Assembly (NCBI GenBank): GCA_051362555.1
Contig: CM120649.1
Location: 13,702,001-13,766,000, forward strand
Origin: Lingula anatina
Lineage: Eukaryota; Animalia; Brachiopoda
DNA length: 64,000 bases
Reading direction: 5' to 3'
A program made the translations under genes and the position numbers. Shown one piece after another: positions 10,906 through 23,200 of this stretch. The first letter of the stretch is position 1, and each line of letters begins with the position of its first letter. The notes under the pieces were generated by a model. It had not been told where the DNA came from. It ran no database searches and worked only from the letters and a program-made list of their open reading frames with translations.

Positions 10906-12147
10906 TAAATATATCAGATTTGCTAGAACAGAAACCTTCTCGTACGCATTTTTCTTTGTCTTGATTAAAGCGTTCAAGTGCACCTTACAACACTTCAAAC
11001 AACAACAAACAAAAGAAAAAAAATTGTCCACATCTGAGCCAATTTTCAACTTCTGGCAAGGTACCATTTCCGCCACACCGATATAACAGAGACTATACTC
11101 ACGTCCATATGACAGTGCAGTGGAGTAGGACTGAGCGTCTTTATAGCCGTCAACATGCGTCCTTGACTCCTGATCGTGGTGGAAAATCGCCGTGGCTGGA
11201 GACGTGGACATATTACAATACACACTGAAAGTTCTCACAGCCCCGGTGCCATCTGGATCAACTGGATACATGCTGCTCGTGCTGCTAATCTGTTGCCATG
11301 CTGAACATGAAGCTAGTGGGGCTGCAAAAAGTGTTTTTTTTTTTTTTTTTTTTGGAAATAGCTGTCAAAATGAAAGCTTTGTTTCCAGGTCCCACCCTCT
11401 GCCCCCAAATTAAAAATGATAAAATCGAAAATGATAATAATACAAAAACGAACGCAGCTGCTTAATGTACACACTCTTATTTGCAAAAGTAAGCCTACTG
11501 AAACGTAATATGCATTGAAAATGCGTGGAGATATAAAGACTTCCAAATTTTGACATGTTTCCAAACATTCATAACGAGCGGTAGCGATTTTTTTAATTGA
11601 ATTATAAACGTACAGTACAGTTAACTCCGCATAATTCGTCACCTTATCAATGAAATTCTCGTTAATTGCCCAAAGCAATTGCAAAACGCTAAAAAAATAA
11701 AACTAATTCATGAGTATTACTCGACCCAAATGTACACCTTCCCCAAGCATATCCAGGTGCCCGAATTATGCGGTGCCCACTATAAATAAAACAACCACGT
11801 ATTAAGCAATTTGACTTACCCACTTCAGAATATAGATAGTCCCAGGCATCGTCCGCAACGAAACTTACACCATCAAAATCGCCGTCAGCCTTGTCGTTCA
11901 CTTCACACGTCTTGCTCCCGCTATGGTAGTTAACAGATCTACAGGAGGCAGGCGTGAGGCCAAGGCAGAGGAGAGTGCAACCCCCTACAGTATGTACTAT
12001 GTGCTGTTTACCGCCACCAACGCCGTTCACCAGTCTAACACCAGGTTTTCGCCAGTATGTTGCATCTGTCACCGCGACTCCGTGATCCGGATAAAATGCA
12101 AGGCAGAGTGAAATTAGTAAAACGTAATATTTCATATGCAGTTTCAT
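6430..12147 (-). CDS. Secreted PAN/Apple + CASPR-type fibrinogen-like domain protein, paralog A (4 exons, 309 aa)
   Basis: Exons 12147-11820, 11321-11103, 10753-10526, 6584-6430, all introns phase 1 GT-AG. Signal peptide; PAN motif CTLLC..CRSVNY....KTCEVN; then SCSAW..YPVDPDG..FSVYCNM..CTQYMKYEC..AWYDRRG..FWAGG..CACS...C...CNCD...WRSDDG...YLP..FGDTG..GYHTIGPLVC, the fibrinogen-like segment typical of contactin-associated proteins/neurexin IV. Confidence 0.9.
6967..10349. mobile_element. Non-autonomous P-superfamily DNA transposon (3383 bp) in intron 3 of paralog A
   Basis: 34-bp TIRs C(T/A)TGGACCTAA(C/A)TAGAGAAGGACAAGTAACGCGG; exact 7-bp TSD CTTCAAG at 6960-6966 and 10350-10356. A CATGG terminus with a 7-bp TSD fits the P superfamily. 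A protein remnant lies on the minus strand at about 9890-9681. Confidence 0.8.
7642..8200. repeat. 189-bp tandem repeat, 3 copies, inside the P-like element
   Basis: AATATGGGCT... starts at 7642, 7831 and 8020; the third copy is more diverged. Confidence 0.92.
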
Positions 12148-14585
12148 TTTTTCTGGTTCACGTATTATTTCACAAAGTATTTCTCTAGTCTGTCTTTCTC
12201 ATTTGCAACGCAGACATTTTAGTATCATTGGTGTAGTTGGTTGCAAAAAAAAACGAGTAGCAAGCCTCAGCGTCACGCTACTTATGACGGCAATGCCACA
12301 AAACTGCTTTATATTTTTACTTAAGTCTGCAATCCAGTTGAATTTTGATCTACTGTCGATTTTGTGCTAAAAGAAAAGGAATGCATTTTAATTGAAAAAG
12401 CGAAACGTCTATAGAATGAAATAGTATCCACGCAATATCACACAATAAACCGGGAAAAAAAGTCGAAGACAAGACATTTATAAATATGGAACGGCCTATT
12501 TATAGGTATCTCGTAGAAAACACACACATTTCATTTCCTGCTCTGGGAACAAAATGCATTTTTTCGATCGAACGCTGAGACACAACTTATTTTTTTAAAA
12601 AATTAACAAGGAAGTCCCTCCATTGTACTACTTCTTTTTGTGTAATCCAAATGTTGGCATATATTTGGTTTTCTTTTCTGCACTAAAGGTGTTTGCTGAA
12701 ATTGAATAAAAACAATGTGGATGTCATGAAAATAGCAGCAACACTTAGAGGTCGATGTGAAATCCAAACATGATGGGAAGACTATAGATTATGATCATCA
12801 ATTGACGAAGAAGGCCAAACACCAAGACGCTGTGAAAATCACCGTTCATTGCTCTCAGTAGAAATAACGTTGCTGATGGTGGATCGAAGGAGAAAGGAAG
12901 TTGGCCAAGTGCGCCTTATGGGTTAACTCCTCCCTCCCCCCCTCCCTCCCACTCCCATTAAACTGTATGACTAAAAGAACGAGACAAAGGCGGTCAGTGT
13001 TACCCATATGCCTTAAGAATTATAGTAACCCCCTTTAGCATAATGGAAGATCCACCGTAATTGCTATGGATAAGCATATATAGCGCAATCCAATTCAGCT
13101 CGATACAACAGGCATAACCTGCACTTCGTATACATTACCCAAAGTTTATGTTTCTGTAAGCCCCTAGCTAAATAAATATGCTGTTCTGGGTGAAATAATA
13201 TACTTGAACTGTACTAAATCGCATGAATATTTTGAAACTTAAGTGACGGTTTTATGTTGTTCACATCCCTCAATGTTAATTTCAAGTTTGTATTCGTACT
13301 TGTTGGTTTTTTTTAATGAAATATGTTCCTCTATTACAAGACACTCTCTTTTAAATTTCTATCAAATTACTGTTCATATTTATGTAAAACTGTAGCGGTT
13401 GTCTGCATGTTCATTTCTGTCATCGTTCTTTTTTTTTTTTTTTTTTGATTGCCTCAGTCCGAATACCAAGACAATAATAATGCGTTTGATTGTGTAGTAT
13501 TTACTCAGGATTGATACTGTTCCTCATAACTTCTAAACTTCGCAAGTTCCTCCATTTGTTGATGAATATAATAGCACCCGATGCTAGGACGAACACACCG
13601 AAGCATGACGCAATAGACAGAAACACTGCGAAGTAACTTCCTGTGACGTCACGAATATAACCTGAAGTATAATAGGGTGTTCAATAAAAACACACTTGCA
13701 AAAACAAACGATGTACATTGTCAGGGACCACAGTAAATAATATATTAATTACACTTTTTTTCAATATTGACACACTCTACATGTAGTAGCGTAAAACATC
13801 CTTATTATAAACATTTGGAAATCAAATTGAATAGAATAGGAAAACTGGAAATTCGTTTGATTAAAAGTGAGACAGCTCTTATAACGCACCCTGACAACAT
13901 GTAGCACATATGAAAAATTAATAATAATAATAATAACAATAATAATAATAATATTGCTGGAAATACCAGCCTGCATATATAAACACGTGTATATATATAT
14001 ACAGTATATCTTATAATTACAACAGACATCATGTACAGCCTGCGCGAGTTCGGTATGAAAGGATGTTTTACCGTTAATGAGACTCTGCAACGTACAAATA
14101 GTGTAAAGGATACATGGTATGTTGCAAAGGACGGAAGTACATGTAGAAGTGAGCAAACGGATTAAGTTGTATTCAGATACAGGCCCAGGACGGCCTTAAA
14201 CTACCTGCCAAATACGGCCCTGTAGTGGCTCCAACGCCTGTACTGAACCGGATAGTAAGGAATAACGCATCTACGTTCTCTCCGTCCATGATTTCGTTGA
14301 CGACAGCATAGTAGCCGGCATTATATGGACCAAAAGCCAAACCTGAGACTAAACATTGTTTCGATATTTGATAGATAAGGTAACAGGAAAATCCCCCATA
14401 GGATAATTCCTTCCACCCCCCACCCACCCCCCAAATATATATTTATATACAAATATAAAGGAAAGAGTATAATGTTAAAATCTTTTCATCCATTTTATTA
14501 ATATTTCTTCGTGTGATGATGCAACTCGAGGATAGAGAATGCTAATTTCATTTAACAAATTATTTTAAATCTGATCAAAACAAAT

Positions 14586-14884
14586 CTCCAGGTAAAGGTG
14601 GGGTAAATAGATGATCTCACTCTCAGGTAACCCCTTGATGAATTATCTGTTACCTTTAATTGCTTCGTTACTCCCTCCTTGATTTAGTAAGCCTTGAATC
14701 AAGGTGCATCTCTCGGGAGAGGTGGGGTAAACAGATTCCCGCTTATCTAGGTATCCCTTTGACTATCTGTCACTTTTTATTGCTTGACTACTACCTACAT
14801 ACCCACTACCCATTACTGCACAGTGAAAATATTCTTAGAATATCAGTTTACCTGCTCATTTGTTTTCCCCACCTTTACCTGGAG
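14586..14884. mobile_element. MITE-like element with ~28-bp inverted ends and an internal duplication
   Basis: CTCCAGGTAAAGGTGGGGTAAATAGATGA ... TCATTTGTTTTCCCCACCTTTACCTGGAG; the internal GGTGGGGTAAA..TATCTGT..ATTGCTT block occurs twice. Confidence 0.65.
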
Positions 14885-15047
14885 GATAGGTGGTTAGATT
14901 TCTGTACTTTTACTCAACGAAAATGAATTTGTTATAAAGTAATTTGTTTAATGATGAAGTTGTACTATCACACTAAAAACATTAACAAATTTGATGAAAT
15001 GTTTTGAACTTAACAATAATTTACATTTGTATATAAATATATCTTTC

Positions 15048-15078
<31 letters not shown>

Positions 15079-16636
15079 GCGACCGGGGGGATTGTCCGGG
15101 GGGAATTGTCCTAGAATCATAATGAAATTAAGGTAACAGATTTTCAAATCATACTGTAAAATCCAAAAGACATTGATAAAAACTTTACCAGCTAGAACCC
15201 TATTAAAATTTCTTCTTAATTTTGAAATTTTATTAACAGTAGTAATAATTTGAACAAAACCCTGCTGTGTATACATACATACATTAATATGAATTACTGT
15301 TTGTTTCCAAATTAACATTTCGATAAATAAAGTATTAAATTATTACAGATAAAGTGACACAACCCACAAAGATAAGAAAGAAAAGAACGTGGTGGACCAA
15401 CCCGTTCATAAAGCTCGTTTTAAAATACAAGAATACTTGCCGGCACTGTATATAAACGCACCAGTTAATGATGTCGAATATGCCGCCATGATATTATTAA
15501 TTGCGAGCAAAGCTGCTGCCACCAAGTTCACCATCAGTAACTTCCCTTTCAGATGGTCTCCGACCCAGGAGAAAAACAATTGTCCAACCATGCCCATGAT
15601 TCCTAGGACTGCACGAAAACGAAGTAGATACTCCAGCGCAGTATAGACTACTACAATCATACTGCAAACATGCTTCAAATCTGCTTCGATGTGGGAGCTA
15701 ATTAGCATATTTGAAACATGCTTCTATCATGCTGCTAATCTACTGCATTTATGCTCCTCCTCTGTACAACCCTATGTAATTTTTGAAGTAGAATTGCAGT
15801 AGGCTATACTGCATTTCTACTGCAAATATGCTCCACACCACTACTGCGTTACTGCTTCTTTGCTACTTCGATACTACTGCATTTTCTTGCGGGATATGCA
15901 TGTTATGACGTATTCTGCTTCTGATTCTTTATATCCAAGGTCGGTCATGTGTTTTGGCTGAAAAGAAAGTAGTAAGAAAGAACATACACGGTATATTTGA
16001 CTTATACTGGGGTATATCACATTTTATTTGTATTGATATTTGTTTATACATTTCTTAATATTCATTCATTTATTCATTTTCTTTTGCACTTTAACTATTT
16101 GATTACTTTATTCTATAATGATAATAATAACAATAATAATAATGATAATAATAATGTCTATGTGAATTTTGGCTCAACTAGATGTATACACTGATTACTA
16201 ATGACTGTTGAGCTACCGTCCAGTGTTTGAAGTTAGCTACGTTTCGACTTAAGACAATAGTACAATGACGAGCTCTATAGTATCGCAAATGCTACAATAT
16301 TCACAGAATTCTGTGATTTCTTCCTCTAGCGCAAATTATCAGAATATACACATATAGCAATTAAACCTTGAAATGAGCGGATTCTTATGAGTAAAGTTCA
16401 TGTACTTTCAGGTAGAACCGGTTTCTGTAGTATGACATATGACAGTGAATTTTACAAACACGTGGCTTAGAATTTGTAAAATAAAATCTGTAGAGATGTC
16501 ATGTTGAAGATGAGCAAAGCTTTACGACGAAGTTTCAAAATTATAAACAGTAAAGGGCTTCACTATTTTTTTCGTACCGAAATCAACTTTACCAACTTCA
16601 ACAATGATAAAGAAAATGACAAAGTTAAATGTTGTA

Positions 16637-17172
16637 CGAGGGTTGATTGATAAGTAGTGAGCCTCATATAGAAGGGGTACACATTTTATAAGTATTTTTC
16701 TTTATTTTTCAACATAGTCTCCTTGAGTATCTATACACTTTTGCCAGCGAGTTTTGAGAGCCTCTATGCCACTTTTATAGAAGCCCTTCTCTTGGCCGTT
16801 CAGAAACCCCTCCACTTCACGTATGACGTCATCATCTGCCACAAAGTGAGTACCTGAAATGGCCTTTTTCAATTTGGGAAATAGATAATAGTCAGAGGGA
16901 GCAAGATCAGGCGAATAAGGTGGAGGTTCTATCAGTTCAAAGCCACACTCGTTGATTGCAGCCATGGCAATGACAGACTTGTGAGCAGGGGCATTTTGCA
17001 AAAGTCACTTGCCTTGCTTATTTGAGAGTGCTACCTCGTCGACATAAACTAACCAAATGACACCAAACTTCGGCTACACACCTTTAAATAGTCAGGGAAT
17101 AGAAGGGCTGAAAAGGGATATCCCTGCTTAACGCCTTCCACACGAGGCTCACTACTTATCAATCAACCCTCG
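16637..17172 (-). mobile_element. Internally deleted mariner element (536 bp) with the transposase C-terminus
   Basis: Perfect 29-bp TIRs CGAGGGTTGATTGATAAGTAGTGAGCCTC and TA TSDs. Frame 17001-16702 reads QNAPAH..PPYSPDLAPSDYYLFPKLK..RWQKCIDTQGDYVEK, containing the mariner YSPDLAPxD motif. Confidence 0.95.
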
Positions 17173-20044
17173 TAAGATGTTAACTTCCACATGTTGCTGT
17201 GCCAGTTTGTATTAGGTTGAAAATACGAATGAAGCGAGTAGATATGTCAAATTATTGCAATCTAACCCGAACAGATGCCTGCATACAATTTCAAATAGCA
17301 TTTTCAAAAGAAATACTACAGGGTTTCGTTCTTTATTTCCATTCGTTTCTTTATTTCATTTCATTACAAAATATAGGGATGTATAAATAGGTCAAATTTA
17401 CGACAAGAAATTGGGAGAAAGTGCAGTTTTAAAACTTTTTTGGCTGATCGAGAGAATAATATTCGTTATTTTCTGGCATGTTGATTTTATTTCAGCTATG
17501 TAAGAAACTGGTTGTGATATTATCTTTAGAAAAGCATACATCATGTTTGAATATGTATGAAAGGCAGTCTTTAGGTACACACGATTTCAAGAAGATTCTA
17601 ACCTATCTCTGCAAGAGACGCCGCCGGGAAATCTTCATCCTGAAAGCACAAGATCATTGTCCCCAAAGATGTTTCAATCCCCGCAGAGAGCACGAATAAT
17701 GGAATAGATATTCCAAGCACGACCCAACCCCTGTACAGACCAGAGAATACCATTGCTCTCCAATATGTCCAGGTTCCTAGTTATGGGTCCAAGAAGGTTC
17801 ACACGGTTTTCAGAAATCGGTCAAAAATACTCAGAAAAATCTTTATATGCTTCCACTAAGTAAGACTGAAAATTGCCATATGGTTCTTGGTTGGGCAGTA
17901 TCCCTGTCCGGTTACCAAAATAAAGTTGAGAAAATCCAAAAGACAGTAAAAGTACCTATGTCATCCACCTAAATTCGCTCATATGCTCCGCCCATGGCAC
18001 AGGTGAACTAGACAGGAAAATTTGCGCCTGTGGGCGACAGGGCTTTGGAATCACTGGAGTATATATCTCTTATATAATAACAAGGTAGCAAAATCGCTTG
18101 CATTAAAAGAAGTGCTGCTGTTTGTAGACAAAAAACTAGGCCAAGTGTTCCCTTTTGTTATAAATGTTATTGTTGTCGCTTACGACAACAAGTTGCGATT
18201 ACGGTCGTATTACTAGTCATCTTTGTTTTGTTATGCAAATGATTTGGTCAGTACATATACGGTCAGCAGTAGTTCTGGGCGCAGCCACGTTTGTATTTGA
18301 CGAGCAGAAGGCTCAGGTCGCCAAGTATCAAGATTTTGTGTAGTTACTTCGGCAAAATCTGTGGATTACCATCGGACGGGAAAAGCCACATTTCTCTGTA
18401 CGTATATTGTTAACTATTTGCACAATGTATATGTAAAAGCATAGGTCGTTTTGTCTAGCCAAATTTATAATATGCACAACATTTCCCGTTTCTTATAATT
18501 AATTCATTATTTCTTTTTATATTTGTATTCAGTTTATATTATATTTGTGTATTTTTATATTATCAGTTTGGTGTTTATATTTCATTGTTTTGTTATTTTA
18601 GTTTCACCATGTCCATGTCAGTGTATGTGCGTGAATAAAGGTGTGAACATTTCCCCGTTGTTTGTGTTCGTTTGGCATGGGATCCGCAACAGTTATGTTT
18701 TATTCCAAAATAGTTTTTCTCTTTTATAATAGGCCTAAGGATATGTTACGTGTGTATCGATTTTTGAACTTTACCCACGGTTCTACCTCATGCTGGTTCT
18801 ATCTAAAGCATTATTTTCTTCTTTTACAATACACTACTTTTCACCATGGCCAGAAATGCGCAGCATTCACGCGATACGCGAGGGCGCAACAGTAGGGCTA
18901 CACGTGACTCAACTAGCCAATCACAGCACAACAGACTCTGTGATAAGTGCTCAGCACATTGTTAAGTAGTGTTAGTTCATGGTAACAAGCGTCTGATATG
19001 TGCAGAGAAGTTTATTATAATATATATTGTTCTTATCGTTACATTAATAAATCTAACTCTGTATCCAAGTAGTAACTATACTGTACCAAGTCAGGTACTG
19101 ATGATGCGCAGAGGTCATATATTCCAGAATAAGCCATTACCACTGATTTATAACTTTTATTTTTGTTTAATATGTTATTCATGAAAGAGTTCATGAAAGA
19201 TTATTTTAATTTGTTAAATCGTGATCTTATTCTTTTTATATTCAAATAATTGAATAATGTGGGTGAAATTGGTCTTCCACTTCTTATTTGCATTTTTTCT
19301 TTACTACAAGATTATTTTGGAACAGTTGCAGCATTAAAAATTAAAATAAATAGCATTCTGAAAGAAGAATTTTGCATAATTATTAAATGATGATAGAAAT
19401 TTCGGATTAAGAGATTAGTTAAAAACTGAGTAGTGATATTGTCAGTCAATTTATGTAGAATCTGATAATATGATTGAAAATACTGATTGAATTCTTGGCC
19501 TTGCACTGGGCAGTTTTACATTTGTGCCAAGTGCTTTTTTTGGACTCCATTGTACAGTGGTAAAAGTTCTTCAATTGCCATGAAAGTTTTTAATCAGACT
19601 CTATATGGTGCTGCTATCTGCTGGTGCGAATTAATTTGCCTTTGTTTCTGAGTGAATCTACCGTCTAAAATCACTATTACTGAAAATATTTGCGTTTTGC
19701 TGAGGGTAGGCTAGGCCATACACGGCAAACTTCTCAGTACGTGTGTACAACATAATTTTTTTTAAACCCTAGCGATATTTGGTCAGGAGTTGCTTGAATC
19801 ATAGCACAGCGTTGCTGTCTATCGGCATTAGGCCGTTAGTTTGTCAATTATCACGAATTACCCATGAATCGCGAACCCATTCATTTTCCTATGGCAATCA
19901 AGCAACTCATTAAAAATGCACGCATGCGCAGTGGGCTAGGCGTGACGTCATGCAGTGCATTTCTGGGGACGCAATGTCAAATTGATGTTCATATTTATTT
20001 AACAGCTTCGTTTTGCGACCTCTTAGCTAACGGATTTTGCCCCT

Positions 20045-20198
20045 CCCCTCTCACAAATACATATGCATATATATATAACAAAATGCATATGGAGGTGTGC
20101 GATTTCTAAAGTCCATTAACAATGATGCCCCCCTCTCACAAATACATATGCATATAACAAAATGGAGGTGTGCGATTTCTAAAGTCCATTAACAATGA
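20045..20198. repeat. Local tandem duplication, about 70-80 bp x2
   Basis: CCCCTCTCACAAATACATATGCATAT..ATGGAGGTGTGCGATTTCTAAAGTCCATTAACAATGA occurs twice. Confidence 0.85.
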
Positions 20199-20546
20199 AC
20201 TACGAATGAGAAATATAAATAACTCTGCAGAGATACCGGAACTTACATTTAGCAAGCCGATATATCAGCACTTGACAACAATTGGTCGAAATTTAATTAG
20301 TATTAATTGCAAAGAGAAGATGCTTGGTGTGTCCTGCATATGCAATTCAGGGCACGTACATTTAATAACTAACAATGAAAGAACATCGTCCACTTTTATA
20401 TACATGTGCGAGTGCAGACCCGAAGCCAGGGGGTTCAGGGGGTTCGAAAGAACCGCCCTTTTTACTGGGAAAAGGTCCACTCTGGATAAAATTTGATCAA
20501 GGTACAAGTTGATTTTATGGTAAAAGGTCCACTTTTTTAGAAAACG

Positions 20547-20586
<40 letters not shown>

Positions 20587-20669
20587 ATTTGAAATTGCTG
20601 GCTAAGATCAACCAATCCACATTTAATTTTCTCGCTCAATCCTCATTAGTGTTCCTAATGGCCCGTCTC

Positions 20670-23200
20670 TTATCCACGGCAGATCACTGGACCAACTGTA
20701 TGATAGCCTTCTTCAGTTCCCCCTGTGTCTCCGAACTTGACGACAGAGATGGGTAGGTAATTGGACTCAGTGATGACCCCCTCGTCCGATCGCCAGATGA
20801 GGTCGTTTTTGTTACAGTTGCAGCCTGATTGTTAACAACATCAAATTAATACATCAGTGTTAAAGGAAATTAAATACCCTTGTATATTTGTGAGAAAGGA
20901 CCAAAATTTTGTTCTTCAAGCTTCGGACCGCGTGAAGAATGTGGTACTTTCTCACAAATATCCCTTTCTTTTACTATATATCTTAATCCGAGTGCCATGC
21001 TCGATCATTTTTCAATTAGCAGCGAAAGCCTATGATAATCCAGTTTAACTCAATGCAGTACAATGTACTTGACGTCATGATCAGTTAACACCACTACAAA
21101 ATATCATCTTACCTCTAAACATTTCATAAAATCATTGTATAATTCTCAAAATGTCTGAAAATATTGACTTGATAGTAAGTGACACATGCGTCTTGAAGAA
21201 GCACTCTACTTACCTACGCCTGCGCAAGAATCATTTCTTGAGCATGCGCAGTTCGCCATGGTGCCGTTGGGGTCACCACCAGCCCAAAATGGCGCCACTT
21301 GGCCGTGGCGGTCATACCATGCACCGTATAGAATACCCATACCAGAGTAGAGGACTGAGTTAAAGCATTCGTATTTCATGTACTGTGAGCAGCTGGTCTC
21401 GTCCCTGTCCACATATGCTGCTATTTGCTCCAAATTTACTGCAAAATAAATTGTTTACAATGTTTGTGTGTTTGTTTGGTCATTTTTCGGAATTTTCTTT
21501 TTGCGCGCAACTTGTCTCATGTCTAATAAGGAGAAGAAGAAGAATAGCAACATGCAGTAAACAACATAAAGTCTAACATCAATTAATATTGTTCATTACA
21601 CTTTACATTAAAGCGACAATCACTTTTATTTAAAAAAAATACAGCTAGCAGAATATATAAAATCTAAAATAGTTTTAAAAAATGTAACTCTTGATATTAT
21701 GCTGTGTTTTTGTTTTTTTTTTTCACGTACAGGCACAACGAATTATAGGTAATATTTCCAATTGCAGAATTTTCTAAATACTAGGTATATTAACCTTTAA
21801 TTTCTTCTTTCAAAATATAGGTGGTCATATTTGTTGCACGCTCACTAAACGATAATGTTCTTTGCAATATAAGTTTTTGAGATTCTGCAAGCATTACACG
21901 TTCAAATAGCACCATGGAAATACAAGAGTTGGGGATTTTCACTGTCCAGAAAATGAGTTCTGACCTTACACGTGTACAAAAGAGAATATTAAAGGGACAA
22001 AAGCTCTTCGTTTTGGCTTTGGCTGTTTTAGTGGAAAATGGAATATATTGTACTTAAATAGGTTGTTTGCAATGTTTTATCGTGAAATATGAATCTCATA
22101 CGTTATCCCTTTCATGTAATGCGTGAAAAAAACGTAGGGCAACAAAAGGGTTGCCTCTACAACGTGCTCCGCCCAGTAGTAGTAATTACCCCCATATGCC
22201 AGCGTGACTGAATAAGACAGTGGTGGGTCGTAGTCCTTCACCCGGGTTCTCTCTTCATGATCATGATGGAAGGACACAGTGGGGGGAGTGGTTGACATGT
22301 CACAGTACACCTCAAAAGCGCTCACGCCACCGGCGCCATCCGGGTCAACCCAATAGAGGCCGCTAGTGTCGGTTAACTTCTTCCAATCCGAACATGATGC
22401 AGCTAAGAAGACAAATATAGAGTACCTTTTCTTATTATTTAAAGACCTCTCTTGTACGGACTGTTGAATAATTTATGAAAACCATTGATTGGCCAAAGAA
22501 AAAGAATAAAACACGGATCGACCTAGACAATGTGACTGAGATATCAAAGCTCCTGTTATATTCGATCGCTTGAAAAACGAAATTCTGGTCCTTTCTCACA
22601 GATGTAACAAAAGAAAAGACTGAAAATATGTTTTTTTTATTTTTAATTTTTTTTTTTTAATATCTAAAATTAAAGTTATTTTAACACTGATGTATTAATT
22701 TGATGTTGACTCTATCAAATATTGCCAACTTAAAATAGATGAGCTTCAACAAGAATCCGTTCTTCAAGTGATGTCACAGGGACAGTTCTGATAAAAAATA
22801 TAAATAGAAAATAATTTGAAAAAAGTTGAAAAAACTACCTAGAAACGTTATGTGCTTATTTAGACGCACCTATTTTATCAAACAGATAATCCCAATTTTC
22901 ATCTGCAACGACTTCTACACCATCTGAGTCGCCGGCTGCCTTGGTATTTATGTGACACGTCCTACTGTCCCTGCGGTAGCTGACAGATCTACAAGTGGCA
23001 GGAGTTAGACGAAGGCAGAGAAGAGCGCAATCTGCCACACAAAGCACCTGATAAGCCGCAGGTATCTCCCCGTTAGAAACGCCATTTGCCAATCTGAAGC
23101 TACGCTGTATCTTAAAGTATCTTGCTTGAAACGCAGTTTCGGCCTGTGGATAAAGCATGTAGCAGATGGAAAACAAGTAAAATTGTACATGAAATTCCAT
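20670..23200 (-). CDS. Secreted PAN/Apple + CASPR-type fibrinogen-like domain protein, paralog B (4 exons, 307 aa)
   Basis: Exons 23200-22870, 22402-22190, 21438-21214, 20824-20670; same intron positions, phases and motifs as paralog A (e.g. CALLC..CRSVSY..TCHIN; YWVDPDG..FEVYCDM; CSQYMKYEC; CNCN..WRSDEG..GYHTVGPVIC). Confidence 0.9.

Larger units (their letters stand above)
13501..17730 (-). pseudogene. SLC16/monocarboxylate transporter-like MFS gene lacking its central exons
   Basis: Exons: 17730-17603 (GWVVLGISIPLFVLSAGIETSLGTMIL.., TM1); 15957 to ~15900 (PKHMTDLGYKESEAEYVIT); 15608-15441 (LGIMGMVGQLFFSWVGDHLKG.., GC donor); 14348-14205 (..GVGATTGPYLA); 13661-13501 (GYIRDVTGSYFAVF..NPE*). 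I found no exons for roughly TM2-TM7 and no convincing first exon. Confidence 0.75.

Noticed and set aside
17955-17995. Candidate first exon of the MCT-like gene (ATG at 17995, donor near 17955)
   Set aside because: The ATG frame hits TAG before the donor and the phase-compatible frame contains TGA; it may be a decayed exon but cannot be supported.
21908-21927. TAGCACCA (miR-29-like seed), and AATTGCAC (miR-92-like) near 25815
   Set aside because: Only the seed matches; the rest diverges and no precursor hairpin is evident.
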